The translations under genes were made by a program, and so were the position numbers. From positions 71,548,001 to 71,612,000 of the forward strand of contig NC_042998.1 of NCBI RefSeq assembly GCF_006345805.1: 64,000 bases of DNA, written 5' to 3'. How positions within the stretch are numbered: position 1 is the stretch's first letter; each line of letters begins with the position of its first letter. Positions 1-14,032 of this stretch are shown piece after piece. The DNA is from Octopus sinensis (lineage: Eukaryota). The notes under the pieces were generated by a model. The model searched no databases. It was not told where the DNA came from and saw only the letters and a program-made list of their open reading frames with translations.

Positions 1-47
<47 letters not shown>

Positions 48-82
48 CAACAATAATAATAACAACAACAACAACAATAATA

Positions 83-122
<40 letters not shown>

Positions 123-143
123 TAATAAATAATAATAATAATA

Positions 144-175
<32 letters not shown>
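1..175. repeat. (AAT)n microsatellite with AAC interruptions
   Basis: Direct reading of the sequence. Confidence 0.98.
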
Positions 176-176
<1 letters not shown>

Positions 177-299
177 TTTGTCGGTGACCCCTAATTTGAG
201 CACCATTTTCATCTACCAGGTTACTCAGGTAGTAACACTCCATGACCACAGCATTAATTGCCGAATGTGGTGGTCCCTTTCTGGATATTGACAGGCTGG

Positions 300-545
300 A
301 GCCGGACCAGAATCCCTGAGCCAACTATTGTTGGGTACTTGCGAACAGTATCAGAAGGCATCAAGAGGTATATAGAGAAAATTGGAATAAAGTGCCCAGT
401 AGAACTATTACAAAAGGTTTTCTCATTGGTGCAGACAGAATGATCAGGGAAATAGGTTGGAAGTAGTAAGGTCGCTACGCATGACAGACTCCAGGAGTTA
501 AAAAATCCTTGGGATTAAGAGATATTATCATTATCATTATTATTA
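300..545 (+). mobile_element. R4/Dong-type non-LTR retrotransposon, extreme 3' end
   Basis: Translates PTIVGYLRTVSEGIKRYIEKIGIKCPVELLQK then (frameshift) GADRMIRE. This matches the VPIVIGALG...LQK..LLGTARILR tail of restriction-like-endonuclease (RLE) LINEs. It is followed by a short UTR and an ATT/ATC-rich tract. Confidence 0.7.
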
Positions 546-692
546 TGTAGTGATGGAGCAGTGAATGCCATCGAAGTGAAACTGGGGTAAAATATACGAA
601 GCTCAGTACACCCATCATGACTACCCGTCTGATAGGGTACCCCAGGCACATGCATCACGACCTTATGTGCGCGAAATGATGATCTCGAATCA

Positions 693-1503
<811 letters not shown>

Positions 1504-2019
1504 ACAGAATGGACAAGTGAGAGTGAGCAGCTGGGAAGATAGATCAAATCTGAAACTATCACGAAGCAGAAATTAAGAATCAGCAAAAACAATGGAAGAA
1601 AACTATATCTAAATGTAAACCATCTCTGAAAGATTTTTGCTTATATGGAGTATATATATACAAATATAGCTTCCCAGATGAACCGTTACAGAAACGTGTG
1701 TAAAAATGTAAACACATTTCTATACGAAAACTGCAAACCTATGGGTAAAATTATAAATTTTACATTTTAAATACATATATGTCCGTATTTATACAAGACT
1801 GCTGTATATATGCACATTGCAGTTTCCTCTCGGTCTCTCGCCGATGCATCCATAGAAATTATAATTATAACTACGAAAGATACAATAACACATCTCCATC
1901 GGCGATATTCATTTAAAATATAAACGCTGTATAAACAGGACCAATGACAACGCCAAATCGAAAGACGGAAAAAACGGCGGACAGATAATCATAAATACTA
2001 TGAAATAGTTGATCTATGA

Positions 2020-2330
2020 GTTACACAGACTACTACGCAACATCCCCCACAAAAATAACATACAAGTATAAACTCATATTGTAAATATTCAGCAATATGA
2101 ACAAAGCCCACAACATGTGCGATAGATGGTCAACACCCAACAGAACATAACCTGCGCTGCACAAATAACACACAATACAAAAACTAATACAACAGAAGAC
2201 TCAAACCAAACCCCATAACAAAAAATAGTGATACAATACAATATCCGTCCCATCCCAAAAATGCAGTACGAACCACCCCACCAGGACAAGGTTGAAACAA
2301 ATGATCGAATAGAATGTTGCTTGAAACATT
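2020..2330 (+). mobile_element. Possible highly decayed Penelope-like fragment (RT-to-EN linker)
   Basis: Pieces reading LHRLL..KNNIQV..KAHN resemble the PLE linker LHKIFNRNTVKVSYSC..IISAHN. There are multiple frameshifts and the similarity is weak. Confidence 0.3.
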
Positions 2331-2531
2331 CAGATGTCGAAAAATAATGATGGTGATGACGTTGATGATACATGCAAATATTTACATATTTTATATATGA
2401 AATCATAAACGTAAAAGATAAGGAAATATTTTTTTAGAAGTAAATGGGTATTTTAAGTTAAAAATCATCAGTATCATTCTACAAATAGGTCAGACAAAAC
2501 AGATAATGTTAGAACAACAGAGTTAGAAATA

Positions 2532-3705
2532 TTATGATTTGGATTTCCTGCGGTGTTCTTGATCTGGTTGATAACAGTAAAGTGTCCAGCAGTAGTCAGC
2601 TAGCATACTGCCACTCCAGAAGCCTGGGTGCCGTTCCTCCATAGAACTAATGTAGAACCACATTTCTCTGCCGAAAATAACTTATACGAACACAGTGCTC
2701 TAGCAGATACTTCTTCAGTCTTGATGCCTAGAGTTTTGCTTTATTTTTTGAGAAGGACAGGTCTCTGATAAGGTAATTCTGTTCAGCTTGGGAAAATTTC
2801 TGAGGTTCAAACCTATCGTCATCAGTCATATAATATTCCCCGCAGCACTATCATGACAGTCATCATAATCATCTGATGTTTCAATATCATCATCTGGCGG
2901 AACCGGAATAGGTAGACTTCCATTGCGAGGCGCAAGTCACAATGCAGATCCAAATTGGGATACACAATTTTGTGTTTATTCTTCATAGGAAATCCCGTGA
3001 CCTTTACCTTGCAAAAATAACAGTCGTTAAAATGGTCTTTCGGCTCCCTCCTTATCATTGGAATGGCAAATGTCATGGATTTCTTTTTCTTATTGAACCA
3101 GTTACGTAAGCCCTTTTAGCAAGCTGAGCAGATAGACTGTGGTACCCATAACTTTTCCTGTTCTCCAAGAGGACAGTCAAAGTATAGCTAATACATCTAG
3201 ATCTCTGGTGCTATTGAACATTTTTGCGATTTCACAATAAATTATCCACAGACATAACAAAATTCATTCTCCACCGTCTTGACATTGTTAACACTGTAAA
3301 ACAAATTAAGGAAATAGCTACAAAGGGTTGTACTTATATTGAATCTGAGATGATGAAATATTTCATCTGACCAGTTGTGACATGGACAATTTGAGATGTT
3401 GAAATACCTATGTCACCAGACAAAAATAATCTTGATTGGTTAATATAAGATGATGAAATATTGTATCTTAACTATGCAGCAAGGAAGTTTATTTGAAAGG
3501 TATGTTTCCATGATGCAAATGAAATACATGCATACACGACATTAATTGGAATTTTCTACATAATGCATGAGCTAAAACAGAAAAAACTTTCTCATCTTCA
3601 AAGCTGTACGTGATGTTAAAAATCTAATTGTGTATTCTAAATAAACATTACAAATTATACTAAGTACACCTTGACATATGCTTGATGAAAAATACTTCAG
3701 CAGTG
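2532..3705 (-). mobile_element. Chapaev3-like (CMC superfamily) DNA transposon, internally deleted
   Basis: From ATG at 3285 the minus strand reads MSRR..FCYVCG..YFDCPLGEQEKLWVPQSICSAC..LRNW..SMTFAIPMIRREPKDHFNDCYFC. It then jumps at about 2645 to the C-terminal MEERHPGFWSGSMLADYCWTL...* (2642-2532). A CACTG terminus candidate is at 3705. The family name comes from my recall of these motifs. Confidence 0.65.
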
Positions 3706-3744
3706 TAATTGACTTTACGATCCCAAATGAGAAAAAAAAAACAT

Positions 3745-3978
3745 TAATATGAGAAGTATAGAAAAATAGTAAAGTACCAGGACCTGGCTACTGAATCACA
3801 GAGACTATGGAATGTGGGTTGGGATCTATTTCTAAAGATCTAAACAGAGGGATAGAGGAAACAGTTTAGTACATCTTCAGAAAACTCTGTTATTAGGGAC
3901 AGCTAGGATGCATACGAGGGTCTGTAGCCTGATGTTAGGATTTTTTTCCACCAATCTAATCTGTTGAGTGTATATGAA
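3745..3978 (+). mobile_element. R4/Dong-type LINE 3' end
   Basis: Reads KYQDLATESQRLWNV...LQKTLLLGTARM, followed by a short UTR and an (AAT)n tail. Confidence 0.72.
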
Positions 3979-4059
<81 letters not shown>

Positions 4060-4069
4060 AATAACGATG

Positions 4070-4160
<91 letters not shown>

Positions 4161-4180
4161 CGATAATAATAATAATAATG
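3979..4180. repeat. Compound (AAT)n/(GAT)n microsatellite
   Basis: Direct reading. It explains the poly-I/N/D/M ORFs in the ORF track. Confidence 0.97.
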
Positions 4181-4184
4181 ATAT

Positions 4185-4512
4185 TTGAAAGTTGGAGCAT
4201 GCGAACTTGGAGCATGCGAACAATAAAGCTCGTGCCTATTATAACTGTGTTGGTAACAGTAAGCCAAGATATAGACAAGTGGCTGAAGGTGATTGAAACG
4301 GAAAGCCCTGTAGAGCTCCAACAGAATGTTTGTCTTTTAGGATCAGCAAGGATTATCGGGAGGCTTCTAAGCACTTGAAAGACTGCTGAAAACTTGTGGA
4401 TATCTAAAGTTACAAGTAGTAATCTGCTACCCACATAAAATCCTACCAGGAATAAGAGCGAACCTGAGCCAAAGTCGATAATAATAAGACCAACAACAAT
4501 CATAATAATAAA
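4185..4512 (+). mobile_element. R4/Dong-type LINE 3' end
   Basis: Reads LVPIITVLVTVSQDIDKWLKVIETESPVELQQNVCLLGSARIIGRLLST* (stop at 4378), then a UTR and an AAT/AAC tail. Confidence 0.75.
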
Positions 4513-5681
4513 TCGAACGCATTTGAAGGCATTTGATAAAGTGATGAAGATTTGCTATTGCTATTGTGTGTTAGTGCTGCATTTGGGAATAGATTATGCT
4601 GGAGTAAATTTGTGATTGACTTGTGCTGCTGAAGAGGAGAGAATCGCTTCTAGCTTTATAGTTTAAACATGTTGAGAATTATAATTACATTAAACAGTGA
4701 AACTCATCCATTTCTTTTTATATAATTCTCTGTTTAATCATTTCCCTGAGATAAACTTCTTAAAGTGGCTGGTAATCATGAATAGCATTATTTCGTCCTC
4801 CTTATGAACTCGTCTGCACTCGATAATTGAAATTATGTTGAATTAGTTTATATATATTTTCTTCTACGTAATTTAAATTTCTTGTTGTGTTGTTGTTGCT
4901 TTTTGTTGTTGTTGTTGTTCTTGTTCTTCGTCTTCTTCTTCTTCTAGCATCAGAGAAAAATGATATATAGTGAGAAATTTCTTATATGCGGGAAAGATAC
5001 CTCATGTACAGATTTTGTTTGCATTAAAGAACTTCATTGGGAGAAAAAGTTCCCCCCATGCTCGTAAAATACCTCCAGAGCTGATTTGCCTTGTGTAAAA
5101 TTACTTCGCATAAATATAGTTAATGCTTTCTCTACGAACAAATAGACAAGGCTTAGTATGTTCTTCCCGGCAAACATGCTAATGAGAAAAAGAAAATGAC
5201 ACTGCCTTTACATGGGCTGCTTTATCGGAAGGCAAATATCAGTAGTTAATGCATGAAGCAAAAATTGTATTTGAGGGCTTTGTATTTCTGCGCAAAGGAA
5301 AACATTGATGACATGATTTCAGAAAGAATTAAATCGTGAAAAGAAATACAGTTATATGTACAGGTTGGCGGAGTCTCCAAGAATATGAAATATATGATTG
5401 TGTTTGGAAGCGACTTCAGAATGGAAATTGAGAAAGAAACTCAGAGAGTTTATTGATGGCTGACTAACTGTTATACTGCAGGTTAACTTGTGTTGGAATT
5501 AATTTTCAGTTATATCACATGTCAGCATATGCAAAAATAATAAACTAAAATCTCACTATGTTCACATACAACCTGATATCACAAATCATATGTGAGCCAA
5601 AATACGAACCATAATGCAGGCCCAAAATTGAAGATTCAGAGTAGGAAAAAAAAAGATGAACAACTGTTCGCTGTATATATA

Positions 5682-5749
<68 letters not shown>

Positions 5750-5753
5750 TTGT

Positions 5754-5786
<33 letters not shown>

Positions 5787-7619
5787 AGATCGAAAATCTC
5801 GTGTACTATTTCATGTGAAGAGGCTATCGTTGTGTTAACTGTCTCAAGGGAGAAATAATCCTGACAGTGAATATGTGTCAAATAATACCGAACAAGCTAT
5901 GAATAATATAACGGAGTGCATTATTATGATTTATCCGTTACACAACGCAGAATCCCTATTCACAGCCTACTAATAGCTGCCATTTTTATATGGAAATGCA
6001 AATAATATATATACTGGTATGTTTTCTGGCTTATTGAAAGATTTCTGAAGCTGGAATTCATTAATAAAGTCAGCATGTTTGCACATACATTGTCTATGGG
6101 GTGGGGATGTACATTCTAAGTTTCACAGCAAATATGGCTCTTCTCATGAACATATTAAATATAAAATTACGCAGATTCATTTTAATCACCGCTGCTTAGT
6201 GTATTTTTATTTGATTAATACTTGGTTGACAAAGCTTTGCATACGCTAGGAATTTTATTATATCAAAAACACACTTTTAGAGGGTTTCGAATGACGGATA
6301 TATTGACTCGCTGATGAAACGTTGTGACGTAGAAACACGCATTATACATAATGATGACGGCAATTGTAGACCAGCTTGGCGTGTTTTCATAGATATGTCT
6401 GTAAAACGAATTTCTCAGCCGAGAAAGTTACTGCAGCGAATATCTTCCCACGTTGATATGTTAAACTTAACCTTAAACAACTTTGTTTTAATCATCGCTG
6501 CTTATTACGACTCTATTTAACAACAGAAGTGTAATTGCCAAAAACGGATTTTAGATTACAAAGCATAATATTTCTACGCTTCCAACACATTGAGAGATAC
6601 TTCAAGAAACGTGTTTCTAAACGCAGTCGTCCACCTAGGATAACAAAGTATCATATCAAAGAGGGTAAAACCTAACAAGTCATAAAATCATTTATCCAGT
6701 TCATATATGATATAAGGGAAACAGCGAAGTTCATAGGCGCAAGTTAACATGCTATATGGAAAAAAGTAAAAACATACTCCTACATGCAGGGCGTCAAGGA
6801 AACGAAAATGTCTATGTCCTTTGTAAGAAAACTTAGAAGCTTAATGCTGTCAATGTTCCACTTGAAACTTTGTATGATAAGTCTGAGAAAGATATGAGAG
6901 GCAATTCAGAAAACCTGACCTTTAGGGAAGAAAATGGCTTTGTGTCTTGTATATTACACGATGTATAAACAAACATTACACACGTAAACATATGCATGCA
7001 TATAGATGTGTATTCATAAAATCTGTGGGTTAAATCTAAATATTTCTGTGTTTGTGTTTGTATACATACAAGAACAGACACACACACACACACGTACACA
7101 CATACATGCACACATCCAAACAAAAGAAAGATACAATTCCCTCACTCCCTGCATTATATAAGGATAGCAGCTTCAGAGTGTAGGACAAGTGTTGCAAATC
7201 ATGTTAAATATCTCCAGAGTGGAGGGCCATTTTGAAAATGATATATCCTGTAAGGAAGAACTGCAAAAGTAGAATACAAGCATCCCTACCCTACCATATT
7301 GTGATGCAAGGAACATCACTGATAAAAAGGGCCTGTCTCACTTAGACCGGCCTACAATGAGCTCTGTTATTTCCAGAAATACGACAGACAATGAATACCA
7401 TAAAACACACAGAGTATGGCATGATCTTCGGAGTGTTCCACCTGATGTTCAGCAGAGCCGAGACATAAGAGAATTAGGATGTCAATACTACGCATTATCC
7501 TGAGCTAAACGGTCAGCAAGCCACGGTAGTTGTTACTCTGTACTTAACATACACACATTAATACGCATATGTGCATATTTGCTTGTGAGTGTATACCTGA
7601 CTATGCATAGGACGGACTC

Positions 7620-7902
7620 TCCGACCGCTAGGTGACGTATGAGAGCTCGACAAATTCCTACCGAAGAACCACACAGATGATTTGTTAATAGTGATCAAAT
7701 GCTTATGTACACATAAGCTCACTCTTTCAAATTGACATTACCTGTAAAACGGCTGCCTCATGACCGATGACGAATTGATTGTAGAGCAACATGAAATGAA
7801 GTGCTTTGCGCAAGAACACAACGCAACGCCCGATCTAGGAATCGAACCCACGATCTCACAATCATGAGAGCAACACCTTAACCAATAAGTCACGCGCCTT
7901 CA
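7620..7902 (-). mobile_element. tRNA-derived SINE
   Basis: Minus-strand head TGAAGGCGCGTGACTTATTGGTTAAGG with B box GGTTCGATTCC (7838-7848). It is related to the copy at 44025. Confidence 0.75.
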
Positions 7903-7954
7903 ATGCCTGCTTACGCATGTATATATATATATATATATAGATATATATATATAT

Positions 7955-8335
7955 ATTATATAAAAGGGCTTAGTAAAATAAATTACTTTGCCGCATACTG
8001 AACTCATTAGAAATAGCAGCTAAAAAACTTTTTTAAGGCTATTTCTAATACTTAAAGAAAATCTCTCTCATATATAGTGTTGCTTAATTCAACTCACAAA
8101 AGTGAGTTGAATTAAGCAAACACTATATATGAGAGAGATTTTCTTTAAGTATTAGAAATAGCCTTAAAAAAGTTTTTTAGCTGCTATTTCTAATGAGTTC
8201 AGTATGCGGCAAAGTAATTTATTTTACTAAGCCTTTTATATAATGTAATAATTGAATTCGCCTTGAATGGTCCCTTTGCATACTGAACACTTGGTGAAAT
8301 TGATTAATAATTAATTAATTTTGCCCTCAATGTTG

Positions 8336-8340
<5 letters not shown>
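7955..8340. mobile_element. Fold-back copy of the non-coding HHR-family element also at 34925-36035
   Basis: Arms of about 143 bp (7955-8097 and 8102-8244) with a 4-nt AAAA loop. The right arm continues to 8340. It is nearly identical to 35346-35590 and has (TA)n on both sides. Confidence 0.9.
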
Positions 8341-8384
<44 letters not shown>

Positions 8385-8412
8385 TTATTATATATATGTA
8401 TGTGTGTATATA

Positions 8413-8443
<31 letters not shown>

Positions 8444-9828
8444 CTCACGCATACACACACATAGCTAACTGTACCCTCATCGATAGGCAAGTATTATATC
8501 ATGCATATTCATCGGAAGGACGGTAGAAAATCTCATCGTAGTAACTATAAGCCATAAAATGCCTCAGTAGTTGATTCTACACTCCGTTTTTCGATATATC
8601 GAGCTGCTTAAGATGTTGGCATAACACCAACTACTAAATATTTTAACAAATGAAACTGAATACTCAAGATGGCAGTTTGCGCTTTTCACGTGTTCATTCG
8701 AGCTAAATCCGTATTAGTACGTATCATTTATGCCATGTAGCAACGCATAGACACATGCAGCTGTTGATACATCAAAGTTTCTCTGTGAAACCAATTTAAA
8801 AGTTTATAGTATACATAAAAGATAGCATACAAGTCTACTTCATGAATCAGTATAACATCCAAGTATACAGCAATCGATTATGTACCCACTTATAATTCAA
8901 TCAGTTTCTTTTTATGTCTCCTGGTCTAATAATATTAGAATTCACTACAAACGTCTGAACTATTAAAAGCGATGTTATTTTTAAAAAATCATGTAAAATG
9001 ATGAAATTATTCATTTTAACTATCAATCTATATGGTCTCCTAACTTCGAATATATTAAGTTGAAGTGTCTACGGATGCATGGCAAAATATTGTTTGTAAT
9101 GTGTAATTTATGAAGGAATGGAAAAAATTTATTGGATAATGAAACAAGCTGATACAGCAGCAAAATTCTACCACGACCATTAAGATGAGGAAAATTATCC
9201 CAAGAAGATTTTGTAGTCAGTATTCCTCAGGAAAATAGAATTGGAAATGAGCTCTTTGTGAGCTATTTCCAAAAAACAGATTTCATTTAAATATTTAGCC
9301 AATTCCATTTACCAATGTGGCTATCTTTTTTCAGTGTCTACATAGAATTCTTAGACATCTCTTACCTAACTCTCTGATATATATAGCTGTGGGCGATTAA
9401 GTAAAAATGTAGAGAAATTGCTTATTCAGAAAATTACAAACGACAGAGTGTTGCAATATTTTATGATTTTCGAACTAAAATAGAATTGATAAAGTTAAGC
9501 CATTCATAAATAAATTTGACTCTAATTAACAAACCAATGACAAAATCGTGCGCAATGCGATCTATAAATTCTATTGCAGTCTTAATATTTGTGAAATATT
9601 ACATTGACCATAGAAGTACATTATTCTTCAGATGATTCACTATGCATTTTAAAACAACGAGCAATTGTAACACACAACAACATATAATACACATACAAGC
9701 CGTTGGGATGGATTGCTTCTACATTTTACACAACTTTTCTAGAAAGATATGAAATAACTCATGAAAACAATCTTATCTATTCGAAGTAGTACACATTAAG
9801 TGCAGCATTTTGATTTTCACAAGAAAGG

Positions 9829-9955
<127 letters not shown>

Positions 9956-10102
9956 TGTGTGTGTACATATGCAAACACATATAATATATATATATATGCA
10001 TGTATAAAAATATATATACACACATACATAGATACATATGTACATACACATACATACAAACACATATACACATAGATACATGTTTACATACATACATTTA
10101 TT

Positions 10103-10260
10103 TACTAGGTGGTGCTGAACAGTTCGTGTCTTTGGATAAAAGAAAATACAGGAGGGTTAGTTTATGATTTTATTCATCACATTCCCCGCTCAGATTCACA
10201 CACTTATTGCAGCGGTCCTTCCGTTTTATGAAGCTCTGTAAAAGAACATGGAATGTTGGG
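10103..10260 (-). mobile_element. Mariner 3' terminal fragment
   Basis: Minus strand encodes DRCNKCVNLSGECDE*, like the mariner C-terminus RW.KC...G.Y.E*. A TIR-like TACTAGGTGGTGCTGAACAGTTC starts at 10103. Confidence 0.55.
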
Positions 10261-10930
10261 CCTGCAACGCTCATACACAAAAATATGCTGTTGTCTTTAT
10301 TTTAAAAACTAAATTATAAATAAATTATGAATATAATAAATTATGTTACGATATATTGTATAGTTAATTAACTTATTGACATTAGTCATTATTCTCTCTA
10401 ATTAATTGTTAATGAAATTATATAGCACACACCGAAACAATAATGCAAATTTTAAGAGAATACATTTTTAGAAATATGTTTTATGAGACTAAATTTCGAG
10501 ATTTAGAAATAATCAAAAACATTTTCTTAATATTTCATCTCACTGGATATTCTTCCTTCGAACTGAAAGCGGTTCCAATTCTATGAGTTTGTTACAAAAT
10601 TAATTTCTTCCTTAAGTATTTAATACTAACTTCAGATATACGTCTTTCAAACACTTTTATGCACATCCTAATAACTCAGCAATATATATTCGTACACTAA
10701 TTTGAAACACAATCATCTATTCTCCCATTAATGCCCAATTCTTATGTGTTAAATGAACGCTAATACTAAAATTTATACTTATTGTCTACATGTTTTGAAA
10801 ATGTAGGAGTTATTCAGTTACTAGTTACTGTTTCTGCTATGTATATCATTAGAAAATATAGAAACTCACTATAGAAGGCGACAATAATTCAGATAGAAAT
10901 GATAAAGTTTTGACACGAGGCCAGAAATGT

Positions 10931-10971
<41 letters not shown>

Positions 10972-11169
10972 TATATATATATAATACAATCAAAATAAAC
11001 AACAGGATATCAAGAATTGATGCAATAGGACAGTTCCAATCGGCTCCATTTAACTGAACAGTGCAATCATTACATTAATTTAAATGCAGAAATATCATCA
11101 GCTGCACAAACAATTAGAATTTTCATCAATTGGACATATTAATATATTTCTTCTCAACTACTTTAACAG

Positions 11170-11237
11170 AGAAAGAAGATGGAAGAAATACATGTTGCCG
11201 CTATTGCAGCTAAGAATAGACTACATTTCCAAGAAAG
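11170..11237 (+). CDS. Candidate internal exon of an unidentified host gene
   Basis: Acceptor tttcttctcaactactttaacAG and donor AAG|GTATGA. The open frame RKKMEEIHVAAIAAKNRLHFQE(R) starts in phase 0 and ends with 2 nt. It lies in non-repetitive sequence. Confidence 0.4.
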
Positions 11238-12279
11238 GTATGAAGCGCAGTGGGATCATAGCTTGTAAAAAGAGTGTAGTTCATTTCTAATGCATTTGTC
11301 TTTTTATCAACTACAAAATCTAAGACTGGAGGACTGTGTCTGTTTAGAATGAAGGACAAGTGTGAGTTGACAGCTTATGGCTAGGTATGGTCATAAATAT
11401 TGTCAAGTCATTAGGAGTAGTAAATTAGGTATAGAGTAACTGTCTATAAAAGGAGGCTGGATGTTAATTACCAGTTAAAGGGGCAAGACGCTAATAAAAC
11501 CTATGATGTTAATACAGAGAAAATTCATTAAGGGCTACTATGAGTGATTGGTTAAAACAATATTGTTATGTTGTATAAAATATAATTAAAGATTATCAAA
11601 AATGATATAATAACCAAAATAGGTAAACTGTGTGTATATATCAATTTTCAACATTAAAAAGGAAAGATTACATAGAATAATTTTAATATTCATTGATGTA
11701 CTTGATAATTTACTTACTAGATGGTTTCGATAAAGACTGGCATTTACCTATGGAATACTGGAAAGATAAACATCCTATCTATATATTAATAATAAGCCAA
11801 GAATCAGAAAGAGTAGAAATGTATAGATACACACACATATTTATCTATGTGCACAAATTCACAGATACACAGATGTTTTAACGTTTATATGGATATTGTG
11901 TAACCATCAAGCATATACTTATGTAACTAAAAATTATCTATTTCCGAACAAGAAAGATAGCAAATTATAAAGGATAAAAAGGTTAATAGGTTATGAAGAT
12001 CTATACGTATATACACATATACAAATATTTATACATTTATATAGATATAGTACCACCATCTCTGACGATAGCTCTGCATTTAATTTGATGTAATAATTGC
12101 ATTGTTCAATTAAATGGAACCGCTTGAAACTGCATCGTTTCTTGATACCCTGTTGCTTATTTTGATTTTATTAACCTTTCTTCGAGCTGTGCTGATAATA
12201 CCGGACTGACATGGTGCGTCAACTGAAGTAACGAATTCGACTGTATCGCAATTGTATATATATGTATATATGTGTGCAT

Positions 12280-13353
12280 CGTATTGGTTTTTGAAGCATT
12301 TCTCACGCAGGAAGCTGTCGAGATGCTTCAAATATTGGTGATCGGTAGGCGAACGCTTTGGTGATTATGGTGGATGTGGCAGAGTTTTGTAGCCCAATTC
12401 GTTCAACTCCTGCAGGGTCAGTTGTTCGACGTACTGTTTAGGAGAAGAATTGATCCTTTTCTTTTGACCAATGTTGGCTGTTGTTGTCGGAGTTTCTTAT
12501 GCATTTCCTCCATTTGCTGATAGTAGTTATCCGCCGTAATGGTTTCGCCTGGATTCAAAAAGCTTTGATGCATGAGACCGGCTGCAGACCACCAAACAGT
12601 CACCATGAACTTCTTTTTGTGAAACATTGGCTTCGGAAAGTAGTGTGGAGCTTCGTCGACGTCCAACCACTGAGCTGATCGTCGCCGATTGTCATAAAGA
12701 ATCCATTTTTCATTGCAAATCACAATCCGCTCGAGAAAGGAGTCGTTCTTGTTGCGTAAAAGAAGGGACGACGATACTTCAAAATGACGTTATTTTGGGG
12801 GGTTGCCGTTCAATACGTGCAGCTCCTATTTCAAAAGTATTTTTGTTTTCCAATGTATTTCAAGTGGCTGGGAATTGTATACGTTACGTCTAATTCCAGA
12901 AGCAAGCTCTCGAACAGTCGTGCGTGGATTGGCTTCGACTAAGGCTCTTATTTGATCGATGTCAACATCCGATGGCCGCACAATACGCTTATCATCTTTG
13001 ATACTCTCGTCACCACTACGAAATTGCTTGAACCACCATTGTGCTGTACGTTCATTAGTGGTTCGTGGGCTAAACGCATCGTTGATATCGCGAGCAGTTT
13101 CAGCAGCTTTTCGGCCTAGCTTGAACTGGAATGAGGAAATTGTGCGAATTTGCTTTTTGTCCGTGTTGTATTCAACGTCCCGGAAGAAATGGCCTAATTA
13201 CTTAAACAGAAAAAGACTAACACGCTTAGATAGAGCGCACACCGGGCTTTAAAATGATATATGCCGTTAAAGTGATCTAACGAGGATTAATTTTAAAATA
13301 CATTATTTAAAACCAAAATTTAAAATTCCGCAATAACTTTCATGACAACCTAA
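12280..13353 (-). mobile_element. Mariner (DD34D, Hsmar1/cecropia-like) transposon relic with one TIR
   Basis: Reads KKQIRTI..FKLGRKAAETARDIN..WFKQFRSGD, IVICNEKWILYDN, KKFMVTVWWS, LPHPP*SP..SPTDHQYLKHLDSFL. TIR TTAGGTTGTCATGAAAGTTATTGCGG at 13353-13328. It has frameshifts and stops, and the 3' end is lost. Confidence 0.9.
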
Positions 13354-13360
13354 TAATAAT

Positions 13361-13433
<73 letters not shown>

Positions 13434-13449
13434 TATATATATATATATA

Positions 13450-13500
<51 letters not shown>

Positions 13501-13511
13501 GTGTATATATG

Positions 13512-13715
13512 CTCTCTTTTACTTGTTTCAGTCATTTGACTGCTGTAATGCTGGAGCACCGCCTTTAGTCAAGCAACTCGACCCCGGGACTTATTCTTTT
13601 GTAAGCCCAATACTTATTCTATCGGTCTCTTTTGCCGAACCGCTAAGTAACGGGGACATAAACACACCAGCATCGGTTGTCAAGCAATGCTAGGGGGACA
13701 AACACAGACAAACAA

Positions 13716-13772
<57 letters not shown>

Positions 13773-13930
13773 TACGACGGTCTTCTTTCAGCTTCCGTCT
13801 ACCAAATCCACTCACAAGGCTTTGGTCGGCCCGAGGCTATAGTAGACGACACTTGCCCAAGGTGCCACGAAGTGGGACTGAACCCGGAACCATGGGGTTG
13901 GTAAACAAGCTACTTACCACACAGCGACGC
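13512..13930 (-). mobile_element. tRNA-derived SINE with internal (AT)/(GT) microsatellite
   Basis: Head GCTGTGTGGTAAGTAGCTTG...GGTTCCGGGTTCAGTCCC on the minus strand. Same family as 15445-15640 and 41670-42175. Confidence 0.85.
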
Positions 13931-13976
13931 TCTCTCTCTCTCTCTCTCTTTCTTTCTCTCTCTCTCTCTCTCTATC

Positions 13977-14032
<56 letters not shown>

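Noticed and set aside
545-692. GC-richer segment between two Dong-like fragments
   Set aside because: Probably another repeat fragment, but I could not assign a family or structure from the sequence.
3877-4503. Long ORFs with poly-I/L/Y/H/N runs (also the YIYI, VCVC, THTH and IYLS ORFs throughout the track)
   Set aside because: They are stop-free frames through microsatellites, not genes.
6303-6350. CTGATGA...GAAA hammerhead-like spacing
   Set aside because: No helix I or helix III pairing and no valid NUH placement.
6830-6950. AVNVPLETL.. peptide vaguely like Helitron PIF1 helicase
   Set aside because: Too short, with no diagnostic helicase motif.
7838-7902. tRNA-like A/B boxes (also 13860-13930, 19205, 44025, 56560-56626)
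   Set aside because: No complete cloverleaf; they are SINE heads, not tRNA genes.
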